Positions 8,045 to 17,387 of a stretch of DNA of 64,000 nucleotides are shown here, piece after piece. Location: the IMG/VR virus record IMGVR_UViG_3300030330_005139; one strand, given 5' to 3'. The position numbers and the translations under genes are program-made. Position 1 is the stretch's first letter; each line of letters opens with the position of its first letter. The notes under the pieces were generated by a model. It saw nothing but the letters and a program-made list of their open reading frames with translations, searched no databases and was not told the origin of the DNA. This stretch comes from a virus (Duplodnaviria; Caudoviricetes).

Positions 8045-9259
8045 ATGAGAAGTTTCGATCAGTTTGTTGAATCATCTTCGAAGATTATAAAAGATGAACT
8101 CAACCCAAAGTTCTGGGATGGGAAAGAACTGAAGGAAGACGTAAGAAAGGCATCGATGAGAATCGCTAAGTATTATGCCAACTGGACTGATATCCCCATG
8201 ACAGCCGTGGAGGATGTTCATCTGGTGGGTGGTAATGCTTCTTATCTTTATAATGATAAGTCCGATCTTGACATTCATCTCATCGTTGATAAAGATAAGG
8301 TTTCTGAGTGTGGAGAACTCCTGGATGATTATCTAAGATCAAAGAAGAAACTCTGGGCGTTTGAGCACGACGTAAAGATTTACGGAACAGAAGTTGAAAT
8401 TTATGCTGAGGATGTTAGTGATCCCAAACCTGCTGCTCAGGGTCGTTACTCAATCAAGAATGATGAGTGGATCACTCAACCGAGCAGAGAGATTCCAAAG
8501 ATCAATGATGCTGCAGTTGTGAGCAAGGTGAAGAACCTGGCTGGAGAGATTGATGACATCATTGATGATGAAGTATCAAATGAGTCGCGTCTTCAGTTTA
8601 TCAAAAAGAAACTCTTTAATCTTAGAAGACAATCTCTTTCTGAGGGTGGTGAGTTTGCCTTGGGTAACCTTGTGTTCAAGTCTCTGAGAAACAAAGGTTA
8701 CATTGATAAACTCAATGATTATATGACCAATGTTACTGATAAGAACCTCTCTCTTTATGAGTGGCTTGACATTGAAGAGTCCTCACTTACTCGTGTGATG
8801 AGTAAGGATAAGAAGGGTGGAATGGCAATCATGTCAGCACAGAGAGGTGACAAGAGTGCGAAAGAGAACAGAGCTCGTTCCCAGCAACTTGACAAAGACA
8901 TCAGAGGGAAGGGGTTACCAGGAGCAACCAAAGTTTCTGGTCGTTACACAGAGAACAAAGGTCAGAAGGATGAGAGAAAGGTTGGTGAGAGATCTCATGT
9001 GATCTCCAGTGGTAAGATGGGTAAGAAAAGATTTGCTAAAACAATCAAGTCCCTTGGTAAGAAATACAACCAAGACAGTGTGCTCTTGAAGAAGAAGACA
9101 AAAGGAGATGCGGCACTGGTGGGGACAAACAAATCCTCATTCCCAGGTTATAATAAGCGTATGAAAACTGGTAAGATGAATCCTGGTAAGACAGGTGAGT
9201 TCGACACCAAAGTCAAAAACAAAACGTTCACTTATGAATCAACTGAAGAGGGCATCTAA
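8045..9259 (+). CDS. Pol-beta-family nucleotidyltransferase fused to a basic C-terminal domain; probable head-packaged protein
   Basis: GGNASY...SDLDIH and VEIY motifs; N-terminal MRSFDQFVE resembles the T4 capsid-targeting sequence; TAAATA upstream. Confidence 0.7.
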   Translation: MRSFDQFVESSSKIIKDELNPKFWDGKELKEDVRKASMRIAKYYANWTDIPMTAVEDVHLVGGNASYLYNDKSDLDIHLIVDKDKVSECGELLDDYLRSKKKLWAFEHDVKIYGTEVEIYAEDVSDPKPAAQGRYSIKNDEWITQPSREIPKINDAAVVSKVKNLAGEIDDIIDDEVSNESRLQFIKKKLFNLRRQSLSEGGEFALGNLVFKSLRNKGYIDKLNDYMTNVTDKNLSLYEWLDIEESSLTRVMSKDKKGGMAIMSAQRGDKSAKENRARSQQLDKDIRGKGLPGATKVSGRYTENKGQKDERKVGERSHVISSGKMGKKRFAKTIKSLGKKYNQDSVLLKKKTKGDAALVGTNKSSFPGYNKRMKTGKMNPGKTGEFDTKVKNKTFTYESTEEGI

Positions 9260-9266
9260 GAAGTTC

Positions 9267-9467
9267 ATGAAGAAGTTCCCATTCAATCATGTGGTCCTGG
9301 AGGATCGTAAAGAAGTCTGGATCAAGGGAGGTTATCCTGGATGTATGGCTGTTCCTAAACTCATGGAAAAGTTTTATCCTGACTACGATGCTAAGTTGGC
9401 AAAGAATGAGTTCATTGAGGAACTCAAGAAAGATCCTTCTGTGAGGGACAGGTTAGACGACACATGA
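9267..9467 (+). CDS. Hypothetical protein
   Basis: ORF MKKFPFNH... Confidence 0.6.
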   Translation: MKKFPFNHVVLEDRKEVWIKGGYPGCMAVPKLMEKFYPDYDAKLAKNEFIEELKKDPSVRDRLDDT

Positions 9468-9571
9468 AGAACGAAGACAACCCTCACAGTATGGGGCCTC
9501 TCGCTAATTTAGTGGGAGGATTTCTAATTGCATTATTTGTTGTTCTGATTCCATTTATTATTTTACTATGA
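9464..9571 (+). CDS. Small membrane peptide (35 aa)
   Basis: ATGA overlaps on both sides; LVGGFLIALFVVLIPFIILL. Confidence 0.5.
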   Translation: MKNEDNPHSMGPLANLVGGFLIALFVVLIPFIILL

Positions 9572-9804
9572 CTTTTACTGTTTATTCGAAACAAGGATGT
9601 CCTTACTGTGTTAAGGTCATTAGGGCTCTGCAACTTGCAGAACAGAAGTACGTCGAGTTGAAACTAAATAGAGACTTCGACAAGAGTGAGTTTATCCAAC
9701 AGTTTGGGTTTGGTTCGACCTTCCCTCAAATTGTCACGGAGGATAAACGAATCGGTGGTTGTACCGAAACTGTCAAATACCTACGAGAGAACAATCTAGT
9801 CTAA
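9568..9804 (+). CDS. nrdC: Glutaredoxin
   Basis: CPYC, TFPQI, IGG. Confidence 0.9.
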   Translation: MTFTVYSKQGCPYCVKVIRALQLAEQKYVELKLNRDFDKSEFIQQFGFGSTFPQIVTEDKRIGGCTETVKYLRENNLV

Positions 9805-10169
9805 TGTTTGATCCAGATCTGGAAATCAATAACGCTGTTGAACTGGCAGTTGATCATGCTTTCAGAGGTAAGATTACTATCAACATGTATGAATATCTGA
9901 AGTCACTCAAGGCAACGAGAGGGGACGCTGAGAGATTTCTTGAGAGTCCCACCGCAAAGAATGTCAACCTTTTGATTTATGATCTCGATGATTATCTTGA
10001 GGGAGGTTCTGACTCCGAACATAAGCAACTCAGAGAGGCTTATGGTCATCTTGGGAAGCCAGAGGCAAGAAAGATAAGAAACTTTCTTGACAGTATTATC
10101 ACAGACGCAGGGAAGTATGCACATGACAAACGACCAGGAAGGAGGAAAAGATCTGGCCCCTCTAAATAA
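9804..10169 (+). CDS. Conserved cyanophage hypothetical protein
   Basis: LREAYGHLGKPEARKI motif; follows glutaredoxin. Confidence 0.7.
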   Translation: MFDPDLEINNAVELAVDHAFRGKITINMYEYLKSLKATRGDAERFLESPTAKNVNLLIYDLDDYLEGGSDSEHKQLREAYGHLGKPEARKIRNFLDSIITDAGKYAHDKRPGRRKRSGPSK

Positions 10170-10185
10170 TGAAGATCAACCCCGA

Positions 10186-10374
10186 ATGAACAGAGGGGTT
10201 GAACTAATGATGAGAAACAAAAACAGGAGGAGAGAAGAGCCTAGCCCGGAACCCAAACCTAAGTGGTTTCAATTTCGATTAGGGCAAGTGATTACTCTCT
10301 TTCGTAGAGAATTTCACTTTGGATTCGAAATCTATTTGGATACAAACAAAGGTAAGTTCTCAAAGGAGGAGTAA
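10186..10374 (+). CDS. Hypothetical protein
   Basis: NRGVELMMR ORF. Confidence 0.55.
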   Translation: MNRGVELMMRNKNRRREEPSPEPKPKWFQFRLGQVITLFRREFHFGFEIYLDTNKGKFSKEE

Positions 10375-10375
10375 G

Positions 10376-10597
10376 ATGATAGCTGTCACCCTTACACTGT
10401 CTGCTTTAATTTCACTGTTATTTCTCGGACTTGGTGGAGTTATTGGATGGTTAGCAAAAGATGTTGTTAATCAAAAGAACACAGCATTCTATCCCATGCA
10501 CCCAGAGTTCTTGGATGAGGATGGAAACATTATCGCAGATGAGATTATGTCTGTGAGATTCGAAAACCCTGAAGAACTTGGGGAAGATCATTACTAA
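10376..10597 (+). CDS. Hypothetical membrane protein
   Basis: GGAGGAG RBS, TM helix, HPEFLDEDG. Confidence 0.7.
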   Translation: MIAVTLTLSALISLLFLGLGGVIGWLAKDVVNQKNTAFYPMHPEFLDEDGNIIADEIMSVRFENPEELGEDHY

Positions 10598-10620
10598 ACA
10601 CTGATTATTTTATTAAGACC

Positions 10621-11079
10621 ATGGCAACAGCAAAGAAACTCCCACCCAACCCCTTTATTCATGAGATCCTTGAGTTGGCGAGTAAACAAAAGAGTGCCGC
10701 AAAGAAAGTTGAGGTTCTGAAAGAATACAGAACAGATGCACTTACGGCAGTTTTGATTTGGAACTTTGATGAGAGTATCATCTCTATGCTTCCTGAGGGT
10801 GAAGTCCCCTTTGAGAAGAATGATGTCCCTGTTGGTACAGACCACACCTCTCTTCGTAAAGAATGGAGAAACCTTTATCACTTCGTGAAGGGTGGTAACG
10901 ACAGTCTTTCGAAGACACGTCGTGAATCGATGTTCATTCAGATTCTTGAAGGTCTTCATCCCACTGAGGCAGAACTCTTGTGTCTCATCAAGGATAAACA
11001 ACTGACCAAGAAGTTCAAGATCACTAAGGCTAATGTTGACGCCGCTTTCCCTGACATCCAATGGGGCGATCGGTCATGA
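10621..11079 (+). CDS. Conserved T4-like phage hypothetical protein
   Basis: LPEGEVP, RRESMFIQILEGLHP. Confidence 0.75.
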   Translation: MATAKKLPPNPFIHEILELASKQKSAAKKVEVLKEYRTDALTAVLIWNFDESIISMLPEGEVPFEKNDVPVGTDHTSLRKEWRNLYHFVKGGNDSLSKTRRESMFIQILEGLHPTEAELLCLIKDKQLTKKFKITKANVDAAFPDIQWGDRS

Positions 11080-11264
11080 GTAAAGGTTTTGACATTAACT
11101 TCGAAGGACTTGACATGGACCCAGATCAGGTCCAGGCGCTTCTTAAGCAATATAAAAAGATTAAGAAGTATCAGAAATCAAATCTGTTTGCCATCAAGAC
11201 AATGGATGGAACAGAGAGTGTCGTGTCTAAGATGATTGAGGAAGCTAATGAAGAAGGGTTCTAA
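11076..11264 (+). CDS. Hypothetical protein
   Basis: ATGA overlap. Confidence 0.6.
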   Translation: MSKGFDINFEGLDMDPDQVQALLKQYKKIKKYQKSNLFAIKTMDGTESVVSKMIEEANEEGF

Positions 11265-11415
11265 CCCCATCAACATCCTTAGACTCATCAGTGAGTTGGA
11301 AGGATCCTCTCAGATGCTCAACCTGATCGATGAACAGGAAGACAAAAGAATCATTGATCTTCTGAAGTCAAAGTATTATAAAATTTATTTCAGTCTGAAG
11401 AAACTTGATAAATAG
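11248..11415 (+). CDS. Hypothetical protein (55 aa)
   Basis: Translated by hand: MKKGSNPINILRLISELEGS... Confidence 0.55.
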   Translation: MKKGSNPINILRLISELEGSSQMLNLIDEQEDKRIIDLLKSKYYKIYFSLKKLDK

Positions 11416-11433
11416 CTCAAAGAGTGCTATAAT
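11405..11433 (+). promoter_or_regulatory. Sigma70-type promoter
   Basis: TTGATA-17-TATAAT with TG extension. Confidence 0.7.
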
Positions 11434-11459
11434 GTACTCATGAGGTCAGAGGAACCACC

Positions 11460-11678
11460 ATGACAAAACTCTTATTGAGTCTAATTGTGATTTCCTTGTT
11501 GGGTTCATCACCCGCCTTGGCGGATGACCACACCCCTCTTAGTTGCGAGGAGTATTCTGAGGTTCGTGAGATAATCTTAGAAACTGATTGGCTCTCTCAA
11601 AAAGAAAAAGATCAGCTTCTTAAGAACATCGAATCGTTCCATGAAACTTCTTGTGTCTGGCCTTCGTTCATTCCTTAA
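11460..11678 (+). CDS. Small secreted hypothetical protein
   Basis: Signal peptide ending PALA; two Cys. Confidence 0.6.
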   Translation: MTKLLLSLIVISLLGSSPALADDHTPLSCEEYSEVREIILETDWLSQKEKDQLLKNIESFHETSCVWPSFIP

Positions 11679-11715
11679 GTTTTCATTTTTGGGTAGAAGA
11701 CTGGAGGAACGCAAG

Positions 11716-11790
11716 TAGGACAACGCGGAACGGATCGTTCATTTGAGACCACCCATACCTCAAACGCACACGTTGCCCAAAGGAACGGGA
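11716..11790 (+). ncRNA. Glutamine-II (Downstream-peptide) riboswitch
   Basis: CGTTCA-TTTGAG/CTCAAA-CGCA...GGAACGG core, CAACG/CGTTG pseudoknot pairing, upstream of a YRGV peptide. Confidence 0.75.
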
Positions 11791-11854
11791 ACTAACTCGG
11801 ATCACCCTTAGGGGTTAAAGGAGAAAAACTGTTCACCAACTTTGGAGTAAACAA

Positions 11855-12106
11855 ATGTCTCAAGCTACTTATCGTGGTGTTGCATACACCATTCAGAATG
11901 ACACACAGAGTGTCCCTCAAACCATCTTGACTTATCGTGGTGTGGACTACCGTCCCAACACTGAGATCAACCAACCGTCTGGTGAGCGCACCTATCGTGG
12001 TGTCTCTTACCAAGCTGGTGTCAATCTCGAAGTTGAGCATGTTCGTAAGAACATCCGCAAGCAGAACGCTCTTCATGGAGCACAAAAATCTCTGGCAATG
12101 CGGTGA
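11855..12106 (+). CDS. DUF4278-like protein with three TYRGVxY repeats
   Basis: TYRGVAY, TYRGVDY, TYRGVSY. Confidence 0.8.
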   Translation: MSQATYRGVAYTIQNDTQSVPQTILTYRGVDYRPNTEINQPSGERTYRGVSYQAGVNLEVEHVRKNIRKQNALHGAQKSLAMR

Positions 12107-12128
12107 TTGGTCACTCGTAGTTTGTGAG

Positions 12129-12154
12129 GGGAGGGGTTACACCCCTCCTTTTTT
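12129..12154 (+). terminator. Intrinsic terminator
   Basis: GGAGGGGT-tac-ACCCCTCC followed by T6. Confidence 0.8.
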
Positions 12155-12184
12155 AGTTTATACTGTCATATAATGCCAATCATC

Positions 12185-12343
12185 ATGGATACAGAAAAAC
12201 TAAAACTGATTGTAAGAAATTTAAAGTCTCTGGTCGATGTCTTGGAGTCTGAGATTTATTCTGATGTAGAATCATACACTAAAGGATCAGAGTATCTCCC
12301 CCCACTTGCTGATTACGATGAGGTCTTTGAAGATGACGAATGA
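12185..12343 (+). CDS. Hypothetical protein (52 aa)
   Basis: Translated by hand: MDTEKLKLIVRNLKSLV...DYDEVFEDDE. Confidence 0.65.
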   Translation: MDTEKLKLIVRNLKSLVDVLESEIYSDVESYTKGSEYLPPLADYDEVFEDDE

Positions 12344-12569
12344 GGATTGGAGATATTCAGAAGACAAACTCAAACTCAGGGGAGAGTGTCTTCACATCCT
12401 GTTAAATAAGTTTAGTTATGATGACCCCAACAAAGTCAATTACATAACTCAGGACATTTATGAGTGTGCTCATGACTGGGTGTCACAAGGAAATAAGATC
12501 AGCAGTGGAATCGTTGCTTACTTTGAAGCCTACTATGTAAACAAGGTGGACACAGAACGTTATGTATGA
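12333..12569 (+). CDS. Hypothetical protein
   Basis: DWRYSE...IYECAHDWVSQG. Confidence 0.65.
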   Translation: MTNEDWRYSEDKLKLRGECLHILLNKFSYDDPNKVNYITQDIYECAHDWVSQGNKISSGIVAYFEAYYVNKVDTERYV

Positions 12570-12741
12570 AGAACTAGACTGTTTTGAGAGGGCTTTGCAA
12601 CACTTTGGAACCAGGGTTGAAGTTATTGCTGCCATGGAACTTGGTGGTAGAATTAACGCTGAAGATGCCTATCAAATGATTAAAGACGAACTCAAAGAAC
12701 TCAAGAAATGTCGAAGACAAGTTAAAAAACAGGAGGATTAA
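12562..12741 (+). CDS. Hypothetical protein (59 aa)
   Basis: Translated by hand: MYEELDCFERALQHFGTRV... Confidence 0.65.
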   Translation: MYEELDCFERALQHFGTRVEVIAAMELGGRINAEDAYQMIKDELKELKKCRRQVKKQED

Positions 12742-12746
12742 CATCA

Positions 12747-13382
12747 ATGAAAGTTAGTTTAGTGACAGTTACTCCTGACGCAGAGAAGCACATCGCTTAC
12801 TGCGCAAGAGTCAGTAACCCACAGAATCAAAACAATGATTCATTCGAAGGATTGCTTCGTTATTGTATCAAACACCAACACTGGAGCATCTTTGAACAAG
12901 CAACAATGACTCTGGAGATTGAAACAACCAGAGCTATCGCGGCTCAAATTTTGCGCCATCGCTCATTTACATATCAAGAGTTTTCACAACGTTATGCAGA
13001 TACTAGTCTTCTGACTGACATTGAACTTCCTGAACTGAGACGACAGGACACCAAGAACAGACAGAACTCCATTGATGATCTTGATCCAGAGGTTGTTGAG
13101 AAGTTGAATCGTCAGATGGTAACTCTGTTCAGTTCTGCATCCAATCTCTATCAACAGATGTTGGGACATGGTGTGGCAAAGGAATGTGCTCGATTTGTTC
13201 TCCCTCTCGCAACTCCAACAAAAATGTATATGACTGGCTCAATTCGCAGCTGGTTACATTATATTGATCTGAGATCTTCTAATGGAACTCAGAAAGAACA
13301 CATGGACATTGCTTTGGCGTGTAGAGACATCTTCACAAAAGAGTTTCCAACCATTGCATCTGCGATGGATTGGACAGAATAA
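12747..13382 (+). CDS. thyX: Flavin-dependent thymidylate synthase
   Basis: HWSIFE, QILRHRSFTYQEFSQRY, ARFVLP. Confidence 0.95.
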   Translation: MKVSLVTVTPDAEKHIAYCARVSNPQNQNNDSFEGLLRYCIKHQHWSIFEQATMTLEIETTRAIAAQILRHRSFTYQEFSQRYADTSLLTDIELPELRRQDTKNRQNSIDDLDPEVVEKLNRQMVTLFSSASNLYQQMLGHGVAKECARFVLPLATPTKMYMTGSIRSWLHYIDLRSSNGTQKEHMDIALACRDIFTKEFPTIASAMDWTE

Positions 13383-13405
13383 ATAACTAACCCCTGAGTT
13401 TAATT

Positions 13406-13657
13406 ATGGCGACATATCCTGTCAGAAATAAAAAGACTGGTGAAGAAAAAGAGATCCAAATGAGTGTTCATGACTGGGATCAGTGGAGAGAGGACAATCC
13501 TGATTGGGAACGTTTCTACACTCCATATAACTCACCAGCGTTGGGTCTTGAAATGGGCGACCCCCTTAGCAAGATTTACACGAAACATCCAGGTTGGAAG
13601 GATGTTATCAGTTCAGCTAAGAAGCAACCAGGAAGTACACTAAAACACTACGACTAA
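13406..13657 (+). CDS. Hypothetical protein
   Basis: MATYPV..KTGE; lies between thyX and phoH. Confidence 0.7.
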   Translation: MATYPVRNKKTGEEKEIQMSVHDWDQWREDNPDWERFYTPYNSPALGLEMGDPLSKIYTKHPGWKDVISSAKKQPGSTLKHYD

Positions 13658-13661
13658 TTTT

Positions 13662-14426
13662 ATGCCGAGAAAGAGCAAGTCAGGGATTGGAAGTACTAAT
13701 CCTGTCCCCTTTGGTATGAGCAACAAGCAGATGAAGAGGAAGAAACCAATCAATCTTGATTACATCAAGAAGATTGAACCTCTCACTGATAATCAGGAAT
13801 ACTTCTTTGATAAGTATTCAAAAGATCAGAATATGGTTGCTTATGGGGTGGCTGGAACTGGCAAGACATTCATCGCACTCTACAACGCACTTCTAGATGT
13901 TCTGGATGTCAAGAGTCCATATGAAAAGATTTACATTGTTCGTTCTTTAGTCGCCACCCGAGAGATTGGATTCCTCCCTGGTGACCACGAAGATAAGTCA
14001 TCTCTTTATCAGATTCCTTATAAGAACATGGTCAAATACATGTTCGAGATGCCAGACGACAACGCTTTCGAGATGTTGTACTCTAATCTCAAAGCACAAG
14101 GAACGATTGGTTTCTGGTCCACCTCCTTTATCAGAGGAACAACTCTCGATAAAGCGATTATAATTGTTGATGAGTTCCAGAATTTGAACTTCCACGAACT
14201 CGACTCCATCATTACTCGTGTTGGTGTTGATTCTAAGATTCTCTTTTGTGGTGACGCTACTCAGTCTGATCTAACAAAACAGAATGAAAGGAATGGAATT
14301 GCAGACTTTATGAAGATTCTGAGGAACATGCCTTCCTTTGATATCGTTGAGTTTGAAGCAGAAGACATCTGTCGTTCTGGTCTTGTCAAAGAGTACATTG
14401 TTGCTAAACTTGAATTGGGTCTTTAA
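13662..14426 (+). CDS. phoH: PhoH-family ATPase
   Basis: GVAGTGKT, IGFLPG, FIRGTT, DEFQN, GDATQSD. Confidence 0.95.
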   Translation: MPRKSKSGIGSTNPVPFGMSNKQMKRKKPINLDYIKKIEPLTDNQEYFFDKYSKDQNMVAYGVAGTGKTFIALYNALLDVLDVKSPYEKIYIVRSLVATREIGFLPGDHEDKSSLYQIPYKNMVKYMFEMPDDNAFEMLYSNLKAQGTIGFWSTSFIRGTTLDKAIIIVDEFQNLNFHELDSIITRVGVDSKILFCGDATQSDLTKQNERNGIADFMKILRNMPSFDIVEFEAEDICRSGLVKEYIVAKLELGL

Positions 14427-15115
14427 TGTTTATTCATAAGGAAGTTGACTTTGACTCCATGTCAAGGGAGACAATTGATGGTGTCAGATACTACCATGTA
14501 CCTGGCACCGATAAGTTGGTTAGGTTACCTTCAATCACTTCTGTGATCAGTCACAGGAACAGAGAGAAGTTCAAAGAATGGAGGAAGAGGGTTGGTGAGG
14601 AAGAAGCCAACAACATCACTCGTAAGGCAACTCATCGTGGTACTGATGCTCACACATTGATTGAAGAGTATCTGAACAACGTTGATCCTGAGGAGATGAC
14701 TAAGGTTCTTCCTTTGTCTGAGTATCTGTTCAAACAGGCTAAGCCAACTCTGGACAAGATTGATAACATCCTGTGTCAAGAACAGGCAATGTTCAGTTAT
14801 CAACTTGGGATTGCTGGATCAGTTGATTGCATCGCTGAGTTTGATGGTGAGTTGGCCATCATTGACTTCAAGACTTCCAAGAAACCCAAGCCGCGTGAGT
14901 GGATTGAGGATTACTTTGTTCAGTGTGCAGCTTATGCTTGTATGCTTTACGAAATGAAAGGAACAACTGTTAAGAAGTTAGTTATAATTATGACATGTGA
15001 AAATGGTGACGTTGAAGTCTATGAGGAATATGACAAGAGCAAGTACATCAGACTTCTCACAGAATATATTAGAGAGTTTGTTCAATTCAAATTACAGGAA
15101 TATGCAAAAGCCTGA
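14426..15115 (+). CDS. PD-(D/E)XK exonuclease
   Basis: PSITSV, RGT..H, AGSVDC, IDFKTS, Q..AY. Confidence 0.85.
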   Translation: MFIHKEVDFDSMSRETIDGVRYYHVPGTDKLVRLPSITSVISHRNREKFKEWRKRVGEEEANNITRKATHRGTDAHTLIEEYLNNVDPEEMTKVLPLSEYLFKQAKPTLDKIDNILCQEQAMFSYQLGIAGSVDCIAEFDGELAIIDFKTSKKPKPREWIEDYFVQCAAYACMLYEMKGTTVKKLVIIMTCENGDVEVYEEYDKSKYIRLLTEYIREFVQFKLQEYAKA

Positions 15116-15371
15116 AGAAGAAAATCTGAACGATCTTCTGAGAAGTAAGTTCTTTTCTCCATCGAGATTCTCTGAGGAGATTGAGAAGGTCGTTCTTGAG
15201 AACCCATCCATGGGTTACATGGATGCCATTGTCTTCTTCTGCGATAACAACAACATTGACATTGAGTCTGTTCCAAAGTTGATCTCTAAGCCTCTGAAAG
15301 AGAGGATTAGATGTGAAGCGATTGAAATGAATTTACTGAAACGAACAAGCAGAGCTAAACTTCCCATATGA
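15102..15371 (+). CDS. gp33: Late transcription coactivator gp33
   Basis: YMDAIV...KLISKPLKERIRCEA; synteny. Confidence 0.85.
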   Translation: MQKPEEENLNDLLRSKFFSPSRFSEEIEKVVLENPSMGYMDAIVFFCDNNNIDIESVPKLISKPLKERIRCEAIEMNLLKRTSRAKLPI

Positions 15372-15970
15372 TTCCTAAGGTGAAACCCTTCGACGCTTAC
15401 AAGTCCTACCTTGGACTTAAGAACCACTTTACCCGGTCTAACTATGACTGGCATAAGTACGCTGGAAAGTCGAAGGCATCTGTTCAAGCATTTTATAAAA
15501 GAAAGGACAGATTTTGGTTTGAGAAACTCTCAAGACAGAAGAATGATCAAGAGGTCATCGACTTCTTCGTCGCCAACTTTTCAATGAGCGATGACCCTGG
15601 AACTCTCTGGATTGGTGAGGTTATTCGTAATGGAGAAAGTAATTACACAGAGTGGAAGAAGAGAAACCAAGCTCTGAGTTATCACTTCAAGGAAGAGGTT
15701 GAGAAACTCTTTGATGGAAAAAAGTTTGATGATGTGTTTATGATTGATGGGTCACGTCACCCTGAGATTGTTAAGAAACATTTAGGAAAAGAGGTTTCTC
15801 TTGAAACTTTGATTATATTGGAGAGGATTTTGGGATTCAAGAAAGAGTTTGACAAGAAACTTAAAGACCCTGTCTGGCAAGTTCTTTCCATGAGAATGTC
15901 TAAGTATAATTCATTCCTTAGTGTAGACATTTTTAAGTTCAAGAAAATTTTAAAAGACGCAGTGTTATGA
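15368..15970 (+). CDS. gp59: Helicase loader gp59
   Basis: YLGLKNHFT..YD..KY, FYKRKDRFWFEKL. Confidence 0.85.
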   Translation: MIPKVKPFDAYKSYLGLKNHFTRSNYDWHKYAGKSKASVQAFYKRKDRFWFEKLSRQKNDQEVIDFFVANFSMSDDPGTLWIGEVIRNGESNYTEWKKRNQALSYHFKEEVEKLFDGKKFDDVFMIDGSRHPEIVKKHLGKEVSLETLIILERILGFKKEFDKKLKDPVWQVLSMRMSKYNSFLSVDIFKFKKILKDAVL

Positions 15971-16302
15971 GTTTCTTTGATTCGGAAATTGTTCAAAAAG
16001 AAATGGAGGACATCACTTCTCTTCAGGAGGAGATCTATGATAATGTGTACTCCTACTTCACGATGAATAAGAAGGAGAAGATTGAACACATCAAACTCCT
16101 TCAAACCCTTGTTGACAAACAAAAGATTCTTTATGCTCGTCTTTCTCTCTCGGATGATCCCAGAGCAAAACAGATGAAGGAAAACATTCGTGACTCAGCA
16201 AAGAATCTTGGATTCCCTGATGATGCAGACCTAAATAAGATGTTCGCTTCGATGTCAAATATGATAACATTGATGATGGAGGCATTGGAGGAACAAGAAT
16301 AA
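15967..16302 (+). CDS. Conserved hypothetical protein (DUF1825-like)
   Basis: MSFFDSEIVQ, RLSLSDDP. Confidence 0.7.
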   Translation: MSFFDSEIVQKEMEDITSLQEEIYDNVYSYFTMNKKEKIEHIKLLQTLVDKQKILYARLSLSDDPRAKQMKENIRDSAKNLGFPDDADLNKMFASMSNMITLMMEALEEQE

Positions 16303-16368
16303 CAGATAGTGGGCTGGACGATCCCTAAGCTAAGTCACACAAGCCAAATACAACAAATAGGTAAACAC

Positions 16369-17292
16369 ATGTCGTTCGAAAGTCTAAAGAAGCAATCCTC
16401 TCTGGGTTCCCTCACTTCCAAACTGGTCAAGGAAGTGGAGAAGATGAATGGTGGAGATAAAGGAGGCGATGAACGTCTCTGGAAACCCGAGATGGACAAA
16501 AGTGGTAACGGTTACGCTGTAATTCGTTTCCTCCCTGCACCTGATGGAGAAGATCTCCCCTGGGTGAAGTTGTTCAACCACGCCTTCCAAGGTCCCGGTG
16601 GTTGGTACATTGAGAATTCTCTGACCACTCTGAACCAGAAAGACCCTGTCACAGAGAGCAACCGTGATCTCTGGAACAGTGGTGTTGATTCTGATAAGGA
16701 CATTGTCCGTCAACGGAAGCGTAAGCTCTCCTTCTACGCCAACATTTATGTGGTGAAAGATCCCGCTAACCCTCAGAATGAAGGTGGTGTCTTCCTCTAT
16801 CGTTTCGGTCGTAAGATCTTCGATAAGATCATGGAAGCAATGCAACCTGAGTTCGAGGACGAGACTCCCATCAACCCCTTCGACTTCTGGCAAGGTGCCA
16901 ACTTCAAACTGAAGCTGAAGAAGGTTGCGGGTTACTGGAACTATGACTCCAGTGAGTTCGCTGCACCATCAGCTCTTCTGGATGATGATGAGGCTCTGGA
17001 GGCAATCTGGAAAAAGGAGTACTCACTGGCTGAGATCGTTGCTCCTGATAAGTTCAAAGATTATGACACCCTTCAGAAGCGTCTTGACTCTGTTCTTGGA
17101 GTCGGTAAGCCCAAGGCTCGTCCTCAAGAGGATCTCGACACTGAGGTCGCAGAGACTGTCAAACCCGCAAGTGATGAAGAAGTTCTTCGTCGTCTTGAAG
17201 AGAGCGCTAAGGCAGCACGAGAGGTTGAACCTGCCACCTCTGTTGATGAGGAAGACCCGATGTCATATTTCTCAAAGTTGGCAGAAAGCTGA
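16369..17292 (+). CDS. gp32: Single-stranded DNA-binding protein gp32
   Basis: GNGYAVIRFLP, WYIENSLTT, GANFKLK, NYDSSEF, acidic tail. Confidence 0.95.
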   Translation: MSFESLKKQSSLGSLTSKLVKEVEKMNGGDKGGDERLWKPEMDKSGNGYAVIRFLPAPDGEDLPWVKLFNHAFQGPGGWYIENSLTTLNQKDPVTESNRDLWNSGVDSDKDIVRQRKRKLSFYANIYVVKDPANPQNEGGVFLYRFGRKIFDKIMEAMQPEFEDETPINPFDFWQGANFKLKLKKVAGYWNYDSSEFAAPSALLDDDEALEAIWKKEYSLAEIVAPDKFKDYDTLQKRLDSVLGVGKPKARPQEDLDTEVAETVKPASDEEVLRRLEESAKAAREVEPATSVDEEDPMSYFSKLAES

Positions 17293-17347
17293 GGGAAATC
17301 GACCTTTGATTCCAAAAAAGGTCTAAAATTTTTTCCTGGGCAAAATT

Positions 17348-17383
17348 GACCCCCTTTAGGTTTTTCAGACCTGAAGGGGGTTT
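17348..17383. terminator. Hairpin between convergent gp32 and gp53
   Basis: ACCCCCTTTAGGT...ACCTGAAGGGGGT. Confidence 0.65.
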
Positions 17384-17387
17384 CTGT

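Noticed and set aside
14426-15115. Cas4 / CRISPR adaptation gene
   Set aside because: Fe-S cysteine pattern not evident; sits at the usual core exonuclease position between phoH and gp33
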